DNA of 64,000 nt. Source: an uncultured Gammaproteobacteria bacterium (GTDB taxonomy: Bacteria; Patescibacteriota; Microgenomatia; Daviesbacterales; UBA10151). Both the position numbers and the translations under genes were made by a program. The notes under the pieces are model-generated. The model had not been told where the DNA came from. It saw only the letters and a list, made by a program, of their open reading frames with translations, and made no database searches. Shown piece after piece: positions 27,016-36,722 of this stretch (positions are counted from its first letter, which is position 1; each line of letters starts with the position of its first letter). The stretch spans positions 30,132-94,131 of the forward strand of contig CAZYPW010000003.1 of NCBI GenBank assembly GCA_964649615.1, written 5' to 3'.

Positions 27016-28509
27016 GTGAAGCTGATTTTAAAACACAAAGTTGAAATATTAATTATTTTAAGTTTAATTAGCGTATATTTTATTCTAAGGTTGCCTAATT
27101 TAACCTTGCAGCCTATTTTTGCAGATGAGGCAATTTATATCAGATGGGCACAAGTTATGAGAGCAGAGCCCACCTTAAGGTTCCTGCCTGTTTCTGATGG
27201 CAAAACTCCCTTGTTCATGTGGACTTTAATGCCTTTACTTAAATTTATCCCTGATCCACTTTTGGCAGGAAGGCTGCTGTCTGTTTTAGTGGGTTTTTTA
27301 ACTTTGTTAGGAGTATATTTTCTTTCCAAAAAAGTGTTTGGCATACAAGCTGCTTTTTGGGCTGCTCTTTTATATGTAATTACTCCATACACTGTTTTTT
27401 TTGATAGGATGGCTTTGGTGGATTCTATGCTAGCAGGTTTTACTATATGGATAATTTATTTTGCTATCTGGCTTATTAAAAAAACTAGATTAGATATAGC
27501 TATGATTTTAGGATATTTAATAGGAGGAGGGATTTTAACTAAAACTCCTGGGATGATTAATCTGTTGTTACTGCCAATCACCCTTATAGCTGTTAAATGG
27601 AGGAGAAAGTATCCAATTTTAAAAGTAGTGATGTTTTGGACTGTTACTATCTTTGTAGCTTTAGTTATGTATAACATACTGAGGTTAGGACCCCAATTTC
27701 AGATTTTATCTTCTAGAAATACTGACTATGTTTTTTCTCCCCTGGAACTGGTTGGCAGGCCGCTAGATCCTTTTATTCCCCATATGAGAGATCTGTCTGA
27801 TTGGTTTCCCAAACTGTTTACCTGGCCTATACTTTTTTGTATAGCGATAGGCATTTTATATACCTTAATTAAGACTAATAGGCTGGGTTTAATAATCTTA
27901 CTTTGGGCAGTAGTTCCATTGCTGGTTCAGTCTGCCTTTTTAAAAACTTTTACAGCTAGATATTTACTATCTTCTATACCCCCACTTTTAATTATTGGGG
28001 GCTTTGGCATCACCAATCTTTTGCCAAAGTTCTCTGCTTTTAATAGGTTTTCCTACCTTTTAATGCTAATTGTGGTTTTGCCACTGGCTTTAAATTTTGA
28101 CTTCTTGCTTCTTACTGATCCCCAAAAGGCCCCTTTGCCTAGGGCAGAAAGAATTGGTTATTTTGAGGAGTGGACTGCCGGATATGGTTTTTTTGAGATA
28201 GCCTCTTTCCTAAAAGACCAAAGAAGATTGGGAAAAGTAGTAGTTGGAACAGAAGGTTCTTTTGGAACGCTGCCAGATGGTTTACAAATATATCTAGATA
28301 AAGAGGACATAGCAGTAATAGGCAGTACTGGAAGTATTTCTGCACAAATTAAAGGTTCAGCCAAGGATAATTTAACTTTTTTTGTGGGAAATAAATTAAG
28401 GTTAGAAAATGGCATAGATGGAGTAGAAATAATTAAAGAATACCCTAAAGCTAAACCACCAAAAAATGGCAAACAAGATGCAATTGTCTTGTTTAAAGTT
28501 TTGCCTTAA
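27016..28509 (+). CDS. GT-C fold (PMT/ArnT-like) membrane glycosyltransferase
   Basis: PIFADEAIY, DGKTPLF, DRMALVDS, LTK, ARY. Confidence 0.72.
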   Translation: MKLILKHKVEILIILSLISVYFILRLPNLTLQPIFADEAIYIRWAQVMRAEPTLRFLPVSDGKTPLFMWTLMPLLKFIPDPLLAGRLLSVLVGFLTLLGVYFLSKKVFGIQAAFWAALLYVITPYTVFFDRMALVDSMLAGFTIWIIYFAIWLIKKTRLDIAMILGYLIGGGILTKTPGMINLLLLPITLIAVKWRRKYPILKVVMFWTVTIFVALVMYNILRLGPQFQILSSRNTDYVFSPLELVGRPLDPFIPHMRDLSDWFPKLFTWPILFCIAIGILYTLIKTNRLGLIILLWAVVPLLVQSAFLKTFTARYLLSSIPPLLIIGGFGITNLLPKFSAFNRFSYLLMLIVVLPLALNFDFLLLTDPQKAPLPRAERIGYFEEWTAGYGFFEIASFLKDQRRLGKVVVGTEGSFGTLPDGLQIYLDKEDIAVIGSTGSISAQIKGSAKDNLTFFVGNKLRLENGIDGVEIIKEYPKAKPPKNGKQDAIVLFKVLP

Positions 28510-28513
28510 GGAA

Positions 28514-30217
28514 ATGGATTTTTTAAAAAATAGGCCTTACAAATTTTGGCTTATCCTAACAATTATTTTTATCATGCCTACCTTTTATCAACTATTAAGG
28601 TTAGGTTTTTTTCCAATGCAGGATGACCTGCAGGCCTTTAGAGTGCATCAAATGGTTAAGTGCTTAAAAGATTTTCAAATCCCCTGCAGATGGGTTCCTG
28701 ACATGGGTTATCAATATGGCTATCCCCAGTTTAACTACTATAGCCCAACACCTTATTATTTTGGAGCTTTGCTTAATTTATTAGGTTTACAAATTATTGA
28801 TTCAGTGAAGATTTTATTTATAGCAGGATTTATTTTATCAGCAGCCTCAATGTTTGTTTTTTTAAAAGCTTTATTTAATCCTCAAATTGCCTTTGTTGGG
28901 TCAGTCTTTTATAGCTATGCCCCTATTAAAGCATCCCAAGTTTATGTCAGAGGATCTCTTAGTGAATTTTGGGCATTTATCTTTTTGCCTTTAATTTTTT
29001 GGTCAACTTTGCAGTTAATCAGATTAGGTAAAGTTAAATATCTGATTTGGTTTTCTATCTCCCTTTTTTTACTGCTGACTACTCATAATTTAACGACCTT
29101 TATTTTTTTACCAATACTTTTAGGGTGGTTTTTTTTAACTGCATTCTTAGAAAAAAAATGGCAGAATTTAACTTGGGTGGGAATGGGATTTCTTTTAGGA
29201 GCAGGATTGGCATCTTTTTATCTTTTGCCTTTAATATTTGAGAGAGATTATGTTCATCTGGAAAGTTTATTGGGAGGATATTTTGATTATAGGCAGCATT
29301 TTGTCAGTATTAAGCAGTTACTTTTTTCTAATTATTTTGGGTATGGGTCTTCTGTGTTTGGATTAAATGATGAGGTCAGTTTATCAGTGGGAATCATGCA
29401 TGGAGTTTTTGGACTGTTAGCCTTAATCTTGTCAATGCTCTTTTTTAAAAAAGATAAAAAGATCTCTCTAATAATTTGGAGCTTGTTTTTGCTAGAAACT
29501 TTAGTTTTATTTTTAATGCATCAAAGATCTTCATTTATTTGGGAAAGAATTCCTCTTTTGCACTGGCTACAATTTCCCTGGAGGTTTTTAACTATCTCTT
29601 TATTCTTGCTGACAATTTTAGGTGTAAGCAGCATTTATCTAATCAATAAAATTAATCAAAAAGCAGCCCTTTTTATAAGTTTAATATTAATTACCAGTGT
29701 CATTGTTTTACACGGCGGATTTTATAAACCCCGTGAATGGTTTAATATTTCAGATCAGGAAAAATTTTCTGGCCAGTTGTGGGAAAAACAGTTAACAATC
29801 AGTATTTTTGACTATCTTCCTATTTATGCTAAACTTCCTCCTAATAAAAAGGCTCCTTTGGAACCAGAGGTTTTAGAAGGTGATGTAAAATTTATCAGTT
29901 ACAAAAAAGGAAGCAATTTTCAAAAAGGGGTAATTGAAGTGGGAGGGGATTCTATTATTAGAGTTCCCTTATTTGATTTTCCTGGCATGGCAGTTAGGCT
30001 AAATAATCAAAAGATTATTCATAAAAATAATGATTGCAGGGGGGAGGAATATTGTTTTGGATTAATAACTTTTGCAGTTCCTCAAGGTCAGCATACCTTT
30101 GAAGTTAAACTAGAAGATACCTTTATTAGGGCATTAGGGAATATAATAAGTTTAATTAGTATTTTGGCATTGTTCTTCTTAATATTTAAAAATTATGGTT
30201 CTAAAAAGATTAATTGA
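28514..30217 (+). CDS. PTPS-related/YfhO-like GT-C membrane protein, paralog 1
   Basis: QDD, QIPCRWVPD, GYPQFNYY, VRGSLSE, QFPWRFL; start probably ATG 28514 rather than 28466. Confidence 0.7.
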   Translation: MDFLKNRPYKFWLILTIIFIMPTFYQLLRLGFFPMQDDLQAFRVHQMVKCLKDFQIPCRWVPDMGYQYGYPQFNYYSPTPYYFGALLNLLGLQIIDSVKILFIAGFILSAASMFVFLKALFNPQIAFVGSVFYSYAPIKASQVYVRGSLSEFWAFIFLPLIFWSTLQLIRLGKVKYLIWFSISLFLLLTTHNLTTFIFLPILLGWFFLTAFLEKKWQNLTWVGMGFLLGAGLASFYLLPLIFERDYVHLESLLGGYFDYRQHFVSIKQLLFSNYFGYGSSVFGLNDEVSLSVGIMHGVFGLLALILSMLFFKKDKKISLIIWSLFLLETLVLFLMHQRSSFIWERIPLLHWLQFPWRFLTISLFLLTILGVSSIYLINKINQKAALFISLILITSVIVLHGGFYKPREWFNISDQEKFSGQLWEKQLTISIFDYLPIYAKLPPNKKAPLEPEVLEGDVKFISYKKGSNFQKGVIEVGGDSIIRVPLFDFPGMAVRLNNQKIIHKNNDCRGEEYCFGLITFAVPQGQHTFEVKLEDTFIRALGNIISLISILALFFLIFKNYGSKKIN

Positions 30218-31862
30218 TAAATTCTGGCCACATTTAATTATTTTTATTTTATCTTTACTAGTTGCTTGGCCAATTTTTTTGCCTGGATATTTTTCCCATC
30301 ATGATGATTTGCAGGTTATGAGAGTTTTTGAGATGAGAAAATGCCTGGAGGATTTTCAGATTCCTTGTAGGTGGGTACCAGATTTAGGTTTTGGCAACGG
30401 CTATCCTTTATTTAATTACTATAATAGCCTTCCTTATTATATAGGAGCTTTAGCCAGTTTTACCCTGGGCTTTATAGGCGGGGCAAAATTATTATTCTTA
30501 ATTGCTGTAATCTTGGCTGGATTCTCCATGTATCTTTTAGCAAATAGGCTTTTTGGATTATATCCTAGCTTAGTGGCAGCTACCCTTTATATATATGCAC
30601 CATATAGAGCACTGGATATATATGTTAGAGGTGCAATTGCTGAGAGTTTTTCTTTGGCGATCATCCCGCTAGTATTTTATTTTGCCATAAGAGCCTCAAA
30701 GGAAAACTTAGTAAAAAATTATATCTTCCTGAGCCTTTCCCTGGCAGCTTTTCTAGCTAGCCATAATATTATGACCCTGCTTTTTTCACCTTTAATAGTT
30801 CTTTTTTTTATCATTATGCTTTGGGGAAAAAATTGGCAGGTAGCTAAAAAGACCCTATTTTTTATAAGTCTAGGGTTGGGGTTGTCTAGTTTTTTTATTT
30901 TGCCGGCATTTTTGGAAAAAGATTTAGTGCAGATAGATAATTTGACAAGATTAGAGCTAGATTTCAGAGCCCACTTTGTCACTTTACCTCAACTCTTTTT
31001 AGATAGAACTTGGGGTTATGGGGCTTCCTTTCCTGGAGTGGGGGACACTATTTCTTTTCAGGTAGGTTGGCCTCATTGGTTAATAGTGATTTTATCTATT
31101 CCCTCGTTAGTTTTCTTAAAAAGAAAGAACCTGAGATTATTTTGGCTCAGTTTAATGATGTTGCTATTTTTTAGTTTCCCCCTATTTATGGCTCATAACA
31201 GGTCTGCCTTTATTTGGGAACAGATTGGGATTTTGAGGTTTACCCAATTTCCCTGGAGATTTTTATCAGTGGCAATTTTTACTAGTAGCTTATTAGGTGC
31301 AATTTTAATTTATAACTTTAAAATTAGTTGGCAAAAAATCATGGTTATCATCTTAGTTCCAGTAATAATTTTGTTAAATTGGAGTTACTTTAGGCCACAT
31401 CAATTTTATCCAAATCTCACAGACCAGGAAAAGCTTTCGGGAGTACTTTGGCAGACCCAGCAAAGAGCTTCAATCCTGGACTATCTTCCTGTTACTGCTG
31501 TGGAACCTAGGGAAGCAGCCCCATCAGAACCTATTATTGTCTCAGGCCAAGCAGAAGTTAATAATTTTAAGAACAGGTCAAATAGATGGGAATTTAAAAT
31601 AAATGTTTTATCACCAACTGTTGTAGAAATGCCAGTGTTTGATTTTCCTAAGTGGCAGGTATATGTAGATGGAAAGAAGGTAGATCACTCAAATAAAAAT
31701 TACTTGGGCAGAATAAGCATCAATCTCCCTTCTGGTAATTATAAAGTGGTAGGAAAATTTGAAAATACCCCAATAAGGATTCTGGGTAACCTTGTTACCT
31801 TTGTTTCTATTGCAATTATTATATTTTTAACCTATGGGAAAATTGGAAAAATTAGTAGATAA
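30195..31862 (+). CDS. PTPS-related/YfhO-like GT-C membrane protein, paralog 2
   Basis: HDD, QIPCRWVPD, GYPLFNYY, VRGAIAE, QFPWRFL. Confidence 0.7.
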   Translation: MVLKRLIDKFWPHLIIFILSLLVAWPIFLPGYFSHHDDLQVMRVFEMRKCLEDFQIPCRWVPDLGFGNGYPLFNYYNSLPYYIGALASFTLGFIGGAKLLFLIAVILAGFSMYLLANRLFGLYPSLVAATLYIYAPYRALDIYVRGAIAESFSLAIIPLVFYFAIRASKENLVKNYIFLSLSLAAFLASHNIMTLLFSPLIVLFFIIMLWGKNWQVAKKTLFFISLGLGLSSFFILPAFLEKDLVQIDNLTRLELDFRAHFVTLPQLFLDRTWGYGASFPGVGDTISFQVGWPHWLIVILSIPSLVFLKRKNLRLFWLSLMMLLFFSFPLFMAHNRSAFIWEQIGILRFTQFPWRFLSVAIFTSSLLGAILIYNFKISWQKIMVIILVPVIILLNWSYFRPHQFYPNLTDQEKLSGVLWQTQQRASILDYLPVTAVEPREAAPSEPIIVSGQAEVNNFKNRSNRWEFKINVLSPTVVEMPVFDFPKWQVYVDGKKVDHSNKNYLGRISINLPSGNYKVVGKFENTPIRILGNLVTFVSIAIIIFLTYGKIGKISR

Positions 31863-33510
31863 ATACTGGTTTATTATCTTAATAGTTCTGTCCATTCCCG
31901 CTACTTGGGCATTATTTGTTAATGGTTACTATGGAGCTTCAGATGATATGCATCCGGCTTGGTTATATGAGCTGGATAAAACCATAAAGTTAGGACAAAT
32001 CCCTCCCAGGTTTGTACCAGATTTGAGTTTTGGATTTGGTTATCCCTTATTCAATTTTGCCTTTCCTCTGCCTTTTTATATAGCAGAGGTTTTCCATCTG
32101 TTAGGATTTTCCCTGGTTGATAGCATTAAAACAGTTTTTTTCTTAAGCATTCCTCTTTCAGCTTATTTTATGTATCTCTTTTTAAGAGAGTTTATAAGTA
32201 GAACTTTAAGTTTAGCTGGGGCAGTTCTTTATATCTATGCTCCTTACAGAGCAGTTGATATATATATCAGGGGAACAATAGGGGAGATTGTTAGTTTTAT
32301 ATTCTTACCGCTGATCTTTTTGTCTTTATTTAAGCTAAAGCATGCTTTCAACGGGAGATGGATTGGGATTGGAGGGTTTGCTCTTGCTTCCCTAGTCTTG
32401 TCGCACAATATTGCTGCTTATATGTTTTTTCCTTTTTTAATCCTATTTTTTGTATTGCATTTAATTTTTTCCTCAAAAAAATTACTATTTTTAATAAATT
32501 CTATTTTGATGGTTTTTCTAGCCCTTTTGATCAGTATTTATTTTTGGCTACCAGCACTAGTAGAAAGTAGTTTAATGAAGTATGATGCTGTTTTTAATTT
32601 TGCTGATCATTTTCCTACTATTAAACAGCTATTTACTCCCTATTGGGGGTACGGGTCTTCAGTGCCTGGGCCTTATGATGGCATGTCTTTCTTTTTAGGA
32701 ACTGTACATATTTTAATGATAGTTTTGGGTATAAGTTTATCTATCAGTTTTTGGAAAAAGTTTAATAAAAATATCAAGATATTACTAATATGGGTTTTTT
32801 TGTCTTTAAGTGCTGTCTTTTTCATCATGAACTATAGATCTTCTTTTTTATGGAGCAACATCCCTCTTCTGCCTTATTTTCAATTTCCTTGGAGATTTTT
32901 AATATTAACTACTTTTGCCATACCACTATTGATAGTAGTTTTTGATAAGTTTAAGCATAAATATAGTATTTCTTTGTTAATAATTATTATTACTTTAATT
33001 ACAGGTTGGAGTTATTTTCGGCCTCAAGATTTTCTGGGCCGCCAGGATGTTTATTATCTAAACCGCTATATTCCCACTCCAACTGCAAGTTTAGAATATT
33101 TAAAAATTCAAGAAGAATATTTACGATTACCAAAAAATACTGATAAAAGGCCGGATCGGAATTATCCTTTGGTTTTTATAGATAATGGATTAATTAAACA
33201 GGTAAGCAGGATAAATGACTTGGATGTTTTAATAAGAACGGAGGCAACTTCAGTTGCCACACTTAATTATAGTAAATATTTGTTTCCTGGTTGGGTGGCT
33301 GAAATAGATGGTCAGAAAACAGAAACTTTAGCTGGTAAACCATTTGGACAAATTACTGTGAATGTAGCTTCAGGCAGCCATACAGTTAAAATTATATTTG
33401 AGGAAACAAACTTTAAGAGATTCTTAAATGCTATCTCTTTGGTTAGTTTTTTAGTATCATTAGGATTAATCACAAACTTGTGGCCTCGAGTATTCAGACT
33501 CTTTAAGTAG
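31834..33510 (+). CDS. PTPS-related/YfhO-like GT-C membrane protein, paralog 3
   Basis: SDD, QIPPRFVPD, GYPLFNF, IRGTIGE, QFPWRFL. Confidence 0.7.
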   Translation: MGKLEKLVDKYWFIILIVLSIPATWALFVNGYYGASDDMHPAWLYELDKTIKLGQIPPRFVPDLSFGFGYPLFNFAFPLPFYIAEVFHLLGFSLVDSIKTVFFLSIPLSAYFMYLFLREFISRTLSLAGAVLYIYAPYRAVDIYIRGTIGEIVSFIFLPLIFLSLFKLKHAFNGRWIGIGGFALASLVLSHNIAAYMFFPFLILFFVLHLIFSSKKLLFLINSILMVFLALLISIYFWLPALVESSLMKYDAVFNFADHFPTIKQLFTPYWGYGSSVPGPYDGMSFFLGTVHILMIVLGISLSISFWKKFNKNIKILLIWVFLSLSAVFFIMNYRSSFLWSNIPLLPYFQFPWRFLILTTFAIPLLIVVFDKFKHKYSISLLIIIITLITGWSYFRPQDFLGRQDVYYLNRYIPTPTASLEYLKIQEEYLRLPKNTDKRPDRNYPLVFIDNGLIKQVSRINDLDVLIRTEATSVATLNYSKYLFPGWVAEIDGQKTETLAGKPFGQITVNVASGSHTVKIIFEETNFKRFLNAISLVSFLVSLGLITNLWPRVFRLFK

Positions 33511-33519
33511 AAAAAGATT

Positions 33520-35253
33520 ATGCTTCCAATAAATATTTTTAAGAATAAAATTTTAAAGAGCAATTGGCCATTTTTTGTAGGTTTGATCTTAACGCTCAGC
33601 CTCCTTTGGCCACTTGTGGCTGCATCCTTTTTTAACCATCATGATGATGTCCAGGTAATTAGGCTTCATCAAATGGATAAATGTTTTAAAGACTTTCAAA
33701 TTCCTTGCAGGTGGGTACCAGACTTAGGAGGTCTATATGGTTACCCGATTTTTAACTATTATGCCCCAATGCCTTATTACTTTGGTGAAGTTATTTATTT
33801 TCTAAGCAATAATTTAATTTTTTCAGTAAAAATAATGTTTGCAGTAAGCTTTGTGGGAAGCTTTCTCTTTATGTATCTTCTCTCATCTCGTTTTTGGGGG
33901 AAATTGGGAGGTGCGTTATCTGCCATTTTTTATAGCTTTGCACCATATCATGCTCTAGATTTTTATGTCAGGGGGGCAATGGGTGAGATGTGGGCATTAA
34001 TGTTTTTTCCGGCCATCTTGTGGAGTGTAGTTAGGCTTGAGGATAAAACAAATGTTAAAAATCTAATATTTTTTTCTATCTTTTTATTTTTTCTTATAAC
34101 TTCCCATAATCTTTCAACTATTATTTTTTCACCAATAATTTTGGTTTGGATTTTTGTTCTTTATTTGAAAGATAAACACAAAAAATTTATCCTGTTTAGT
34201 TTAATGGGGATAATTTTAGGAGTTTTATTATCTGCATTTTACCTTTTCCCCATGGCTTTGGAAAAAAATCTGGTTCATGTTGAGACAACAACTTATGGAT
34301 ACTTTTCCTATACTGAGCATTTTAAGGGTTTAAGGAAATTGATTCTTGATAGATCCTGGGGCTGGGGAGGTTCTGTACGGGAAGTGCCAGGAGGAGAAAG
34401 AGAAGGCTTGTCATATCAAATAGGTTGGATTCATCTTCTAGCTTTGGCCTTATCTGTTATATCAGCCAAATACCTTATGAATAAAAACAGATGGTTAAGC
34501 TGGGTCATTATTTCATCAATAACTTTAGTTTTAATAAGTATTTTTATGATACATCCAAGGTCACAATTTATTTGGAAGATATTTGACGGGACACTTCGTT
34601 TTATTCAATTCCCCTGGAGATTTCTGATGATTACTATATTTTTTATATCTTTTATGTCGGGAAGCATATTTTTAAGAGGTATAAAGAGAGAAAAATTAGC
34701 TTGGAGTATTTTAGTTATTCTAGTTGTAACAGCTAATTTCTTTTATTTTAGGCCTGAGAAATTTTTATCAGCTACAGATAAAGATTTATTGTCAGGTGAA
34801 AATTGGGAAAGGCAAATAAAAAGATCAATATTTGATTATTTGCCTAAATCTGCTAAAGAACCCCCTGCTGAACTTGCCAAAGAAAGATATAAAATTTTAA
34901 CTGGAGATTCGCAAATTTTTGATTTTGAGCAAGGATCAAACTGGTTAAAATTTAAAACAGAGACCAATACTCATACTATTATCCGTTTATCCCAGTATTA
35001 TTTTCCGGGTTGGAAAATTCTAATAGATGGAAAAGAAACAAATGTAGAATATGCCAACAATAGTTTGGGTTTAATGACTATTATTTTAGGTAGAGGCAAC
35101 CATTTAGTTGAAGGTAGATTATATGATACCCAAATAAGGACTATTGGTAATATTACTACTTTAGTATTTTGGGTAGGGTTAGTTTTTGTCTTATTATTAC
35201 AATTCAAAAAAGTTCATCAATGGATTGAATATTATAGGAGGAGAATTAATTAA
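33520..35253 (+). CDS. PTPS-related/YfhO-like GT-C membrane protein, paralog 4
   Basis: HDD, QIPCRWVPD, GYPIFNYY, VRGAMGE, QFPWRFL. Confidence 0.7.
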   Translation: MLPINIFKNKILKSNWPFFVGLILTLSLLWPLVAASFFNHHDDVQVIRLHQMDKCFKDFQIPCRWVPDLGGLYGYPIFNYYAPMPYYFGEVIYFLSNNLIFSVKIMFAVSFVGSFLFMYLLSSRFWGKLGGALSAIFYSFAPYHALDFYVRGAMGEMWALMFFPAILWSVVRLEDKTNVKNLIFFSIFLFFLITSHNLSTIIFSPIILVWIFVLYLKDKHKKFILFSLMGIILGVLLSAFYLFPMALEKNLVHVETTTYGYFSYTEHFKGLRKLILDRSWGWGGSVREVPGGEREGLSYQIGWIHLLALALSVISAKYLMNKNRWLSWVIISSITLVLISIFMIHPRSQFIWKIFDGTLRFIQFPWRFLMITIFFISFMSGSIFLRGIKREKLAWSILVILVVTANFFYFRPEKFLSATDKDLLSGENWERQIKRSIFDYLPKSAKEPPAELAKERYKILTGDSQIFDFEQGSNWLKFKTETNTHTIIRLSQYYFPGWKILIDGKETNVEYANNSLGLMTIILGRGNHLVEGRLYDTQIRTIGNITTLVFWVGLVFVLLLQFKKVHQWIEYYRRRIN

Positions 35254-36722
35254 TGGAAAGTGTTGAACAACTTGATCCAACAGCTGAAGTTTCTTCAGAA
35301 GCAGTCAAAAAGAAAGTAGTGGGAGGAGCTGCAATTTTAACCGCCAGAACTATATTTATGCAGGCGGTTTCTTTTGTCTCAGTAGGATTACTCACAGTTT
35401 TTTTAGAACCTGCCGAATATGGAGTTTTCTTTTTAGTCTCAGCAGTTATAAGTTTTTTGGCATATTTTGGTGACATTGGTTTTGCAGCAGCACTCATACA
35501 GAAAAAAGAGAAACTAACAAATAATGATTTAAAAACTATCTTCACTATACAACAAATTCTGGCTTTGATTTTGTTAATTATTACTTTTTTAATTAGTGGG
35601 GTAATTAGGAATACCTATAATCTTTCTCAGGAAGCAATTTATCTGTTATGGGCATTAGCTTTTTCTTTACTTCTATCCTCCTTAAAAACTATACCGTCAG
35701 TTTTACTTGAAAGAAAATTGGAATTTAACAAATGGATAATACCTCAAATAATAGAAACAGTAGTTTTTAATATCACAACAGTTTATTTAGCTTATAAGGG
35801 ATTTGGAGTAACTAGTTTTACAGTGGGAGTTTTATTGAGAGGATTTTCGGGCCTTTTTTTAACATACTTGATTCAACCGTGGATGCCAGGATTTTCATTC
35901 TCTAAGGATTCAATAAAAGGGTTATTAAAATTTGGAATACCCTATCAATTAAATATATTTTTAGCCATGGTAAAAGATGATGGTATGATTTTACTTTTAG
36001 GAAATATTTTAGGTCCCTCAGGACTTGGATTTTTAGCTTGGGCACAGAAATGGGCATACTCTCCTTTAAGGTTTTTTATGGACCAGGTAATAAAAGTAAC
36101 CTTTCCTGCATTTTCTCGTATACAAGATAAAAAAGAGGAGTTATCCTTGATGGTTACAAAATCAATTTTTTTCGTTTGTTTACTTGTTTTTCCTTCATTA
36201 ATTATGATAGTACTGCTTGCACCAACTTTGGTTTCAATAATCCCAAAATATTATAAATGGGAACCTGCTCTCTTCGCACTCTCTATTTTAACTATTACCT
36301 CGGCTTTGGCAGCAATCACAACCCCTTTAACCAATACCTTAAATGCAATTGGCAAAATATCAGTTACTTTTAAACTAATGATTATGTGGACTGTTTTAAC
36401 TTGGATTTTTGTTCCAGTTTTTACTTATTTATACGGATTAAATGGAGCAGCTACTGGTTTTACTTTGGTGGGCTTAAGCTCATTTGTAGCTTTATTTTTA
36501 GTTGCTAAATATATCAGGATTAACTATTTACAAAGCGTTGGTAAGCCCTTAGTGATTGCTATTATAATGGGAATGTGTGTAATTTTGGTTAAAAATATGG
36601 TCAACCCTTCTCTTAATCAGATAATAGTAATGGTCACAACCTCTTTTATTAGTTTTGTGATAGCAACATTAATTATTGAACCATCAATATTAAAATTAGT
36701 TAAATCCCAGTTTAAAAAATGA
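35253..36722 (+). CDS. wzx: Wzx/MOP-family oligosaccharide flippase
   Basis: LEPAEYG, DIGFAAALIQ, LLKFG, VTFPAFSRIQ, GLNGAA; polytopic. Confidence 0.85.
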   Translation: MESVEQLDPTAEVSSEAVKKKVVGGAAILTARTIFMQAVSFVSVGLLTVFLEPAEYGVFFLVSAVISFLAYFGDIGFAAALIQKKEKLTNNDLKTIFTIQQILALILLIITFLISGVIRNTYNLSQEAIYLLWALAFSLLLSSLKTIPSVLLERKLEFNKWIIPQIIETVVFNITTVYLAYKGFGVTSFTVGVLLRGFSGLFLTYLIQPWMPGFSFSKDSIKGLLKFGIPYQLNIFLAMVKDDGMILLLGNILGPSGLGFLAWAQKWAYSPLRFFMDQVIKVTFPAFSRIQDKKEELSLMVTKSIFFVCLLVFPSLIMIVLLAPTLVSIIPKYYKWEPALFALSILTITSALAAITTPLTNTLNAIGKISVTFKLMIMWTVLTWIFVPVFTYLYGLNGAATGFTLVGLSSFVALFLVAKYIRINYLQSVGKPLVIAIIMGMCVILVKNMVNPSLNQIIVMVTTSFISFVIATLIIEPSILKLVKSQFKK

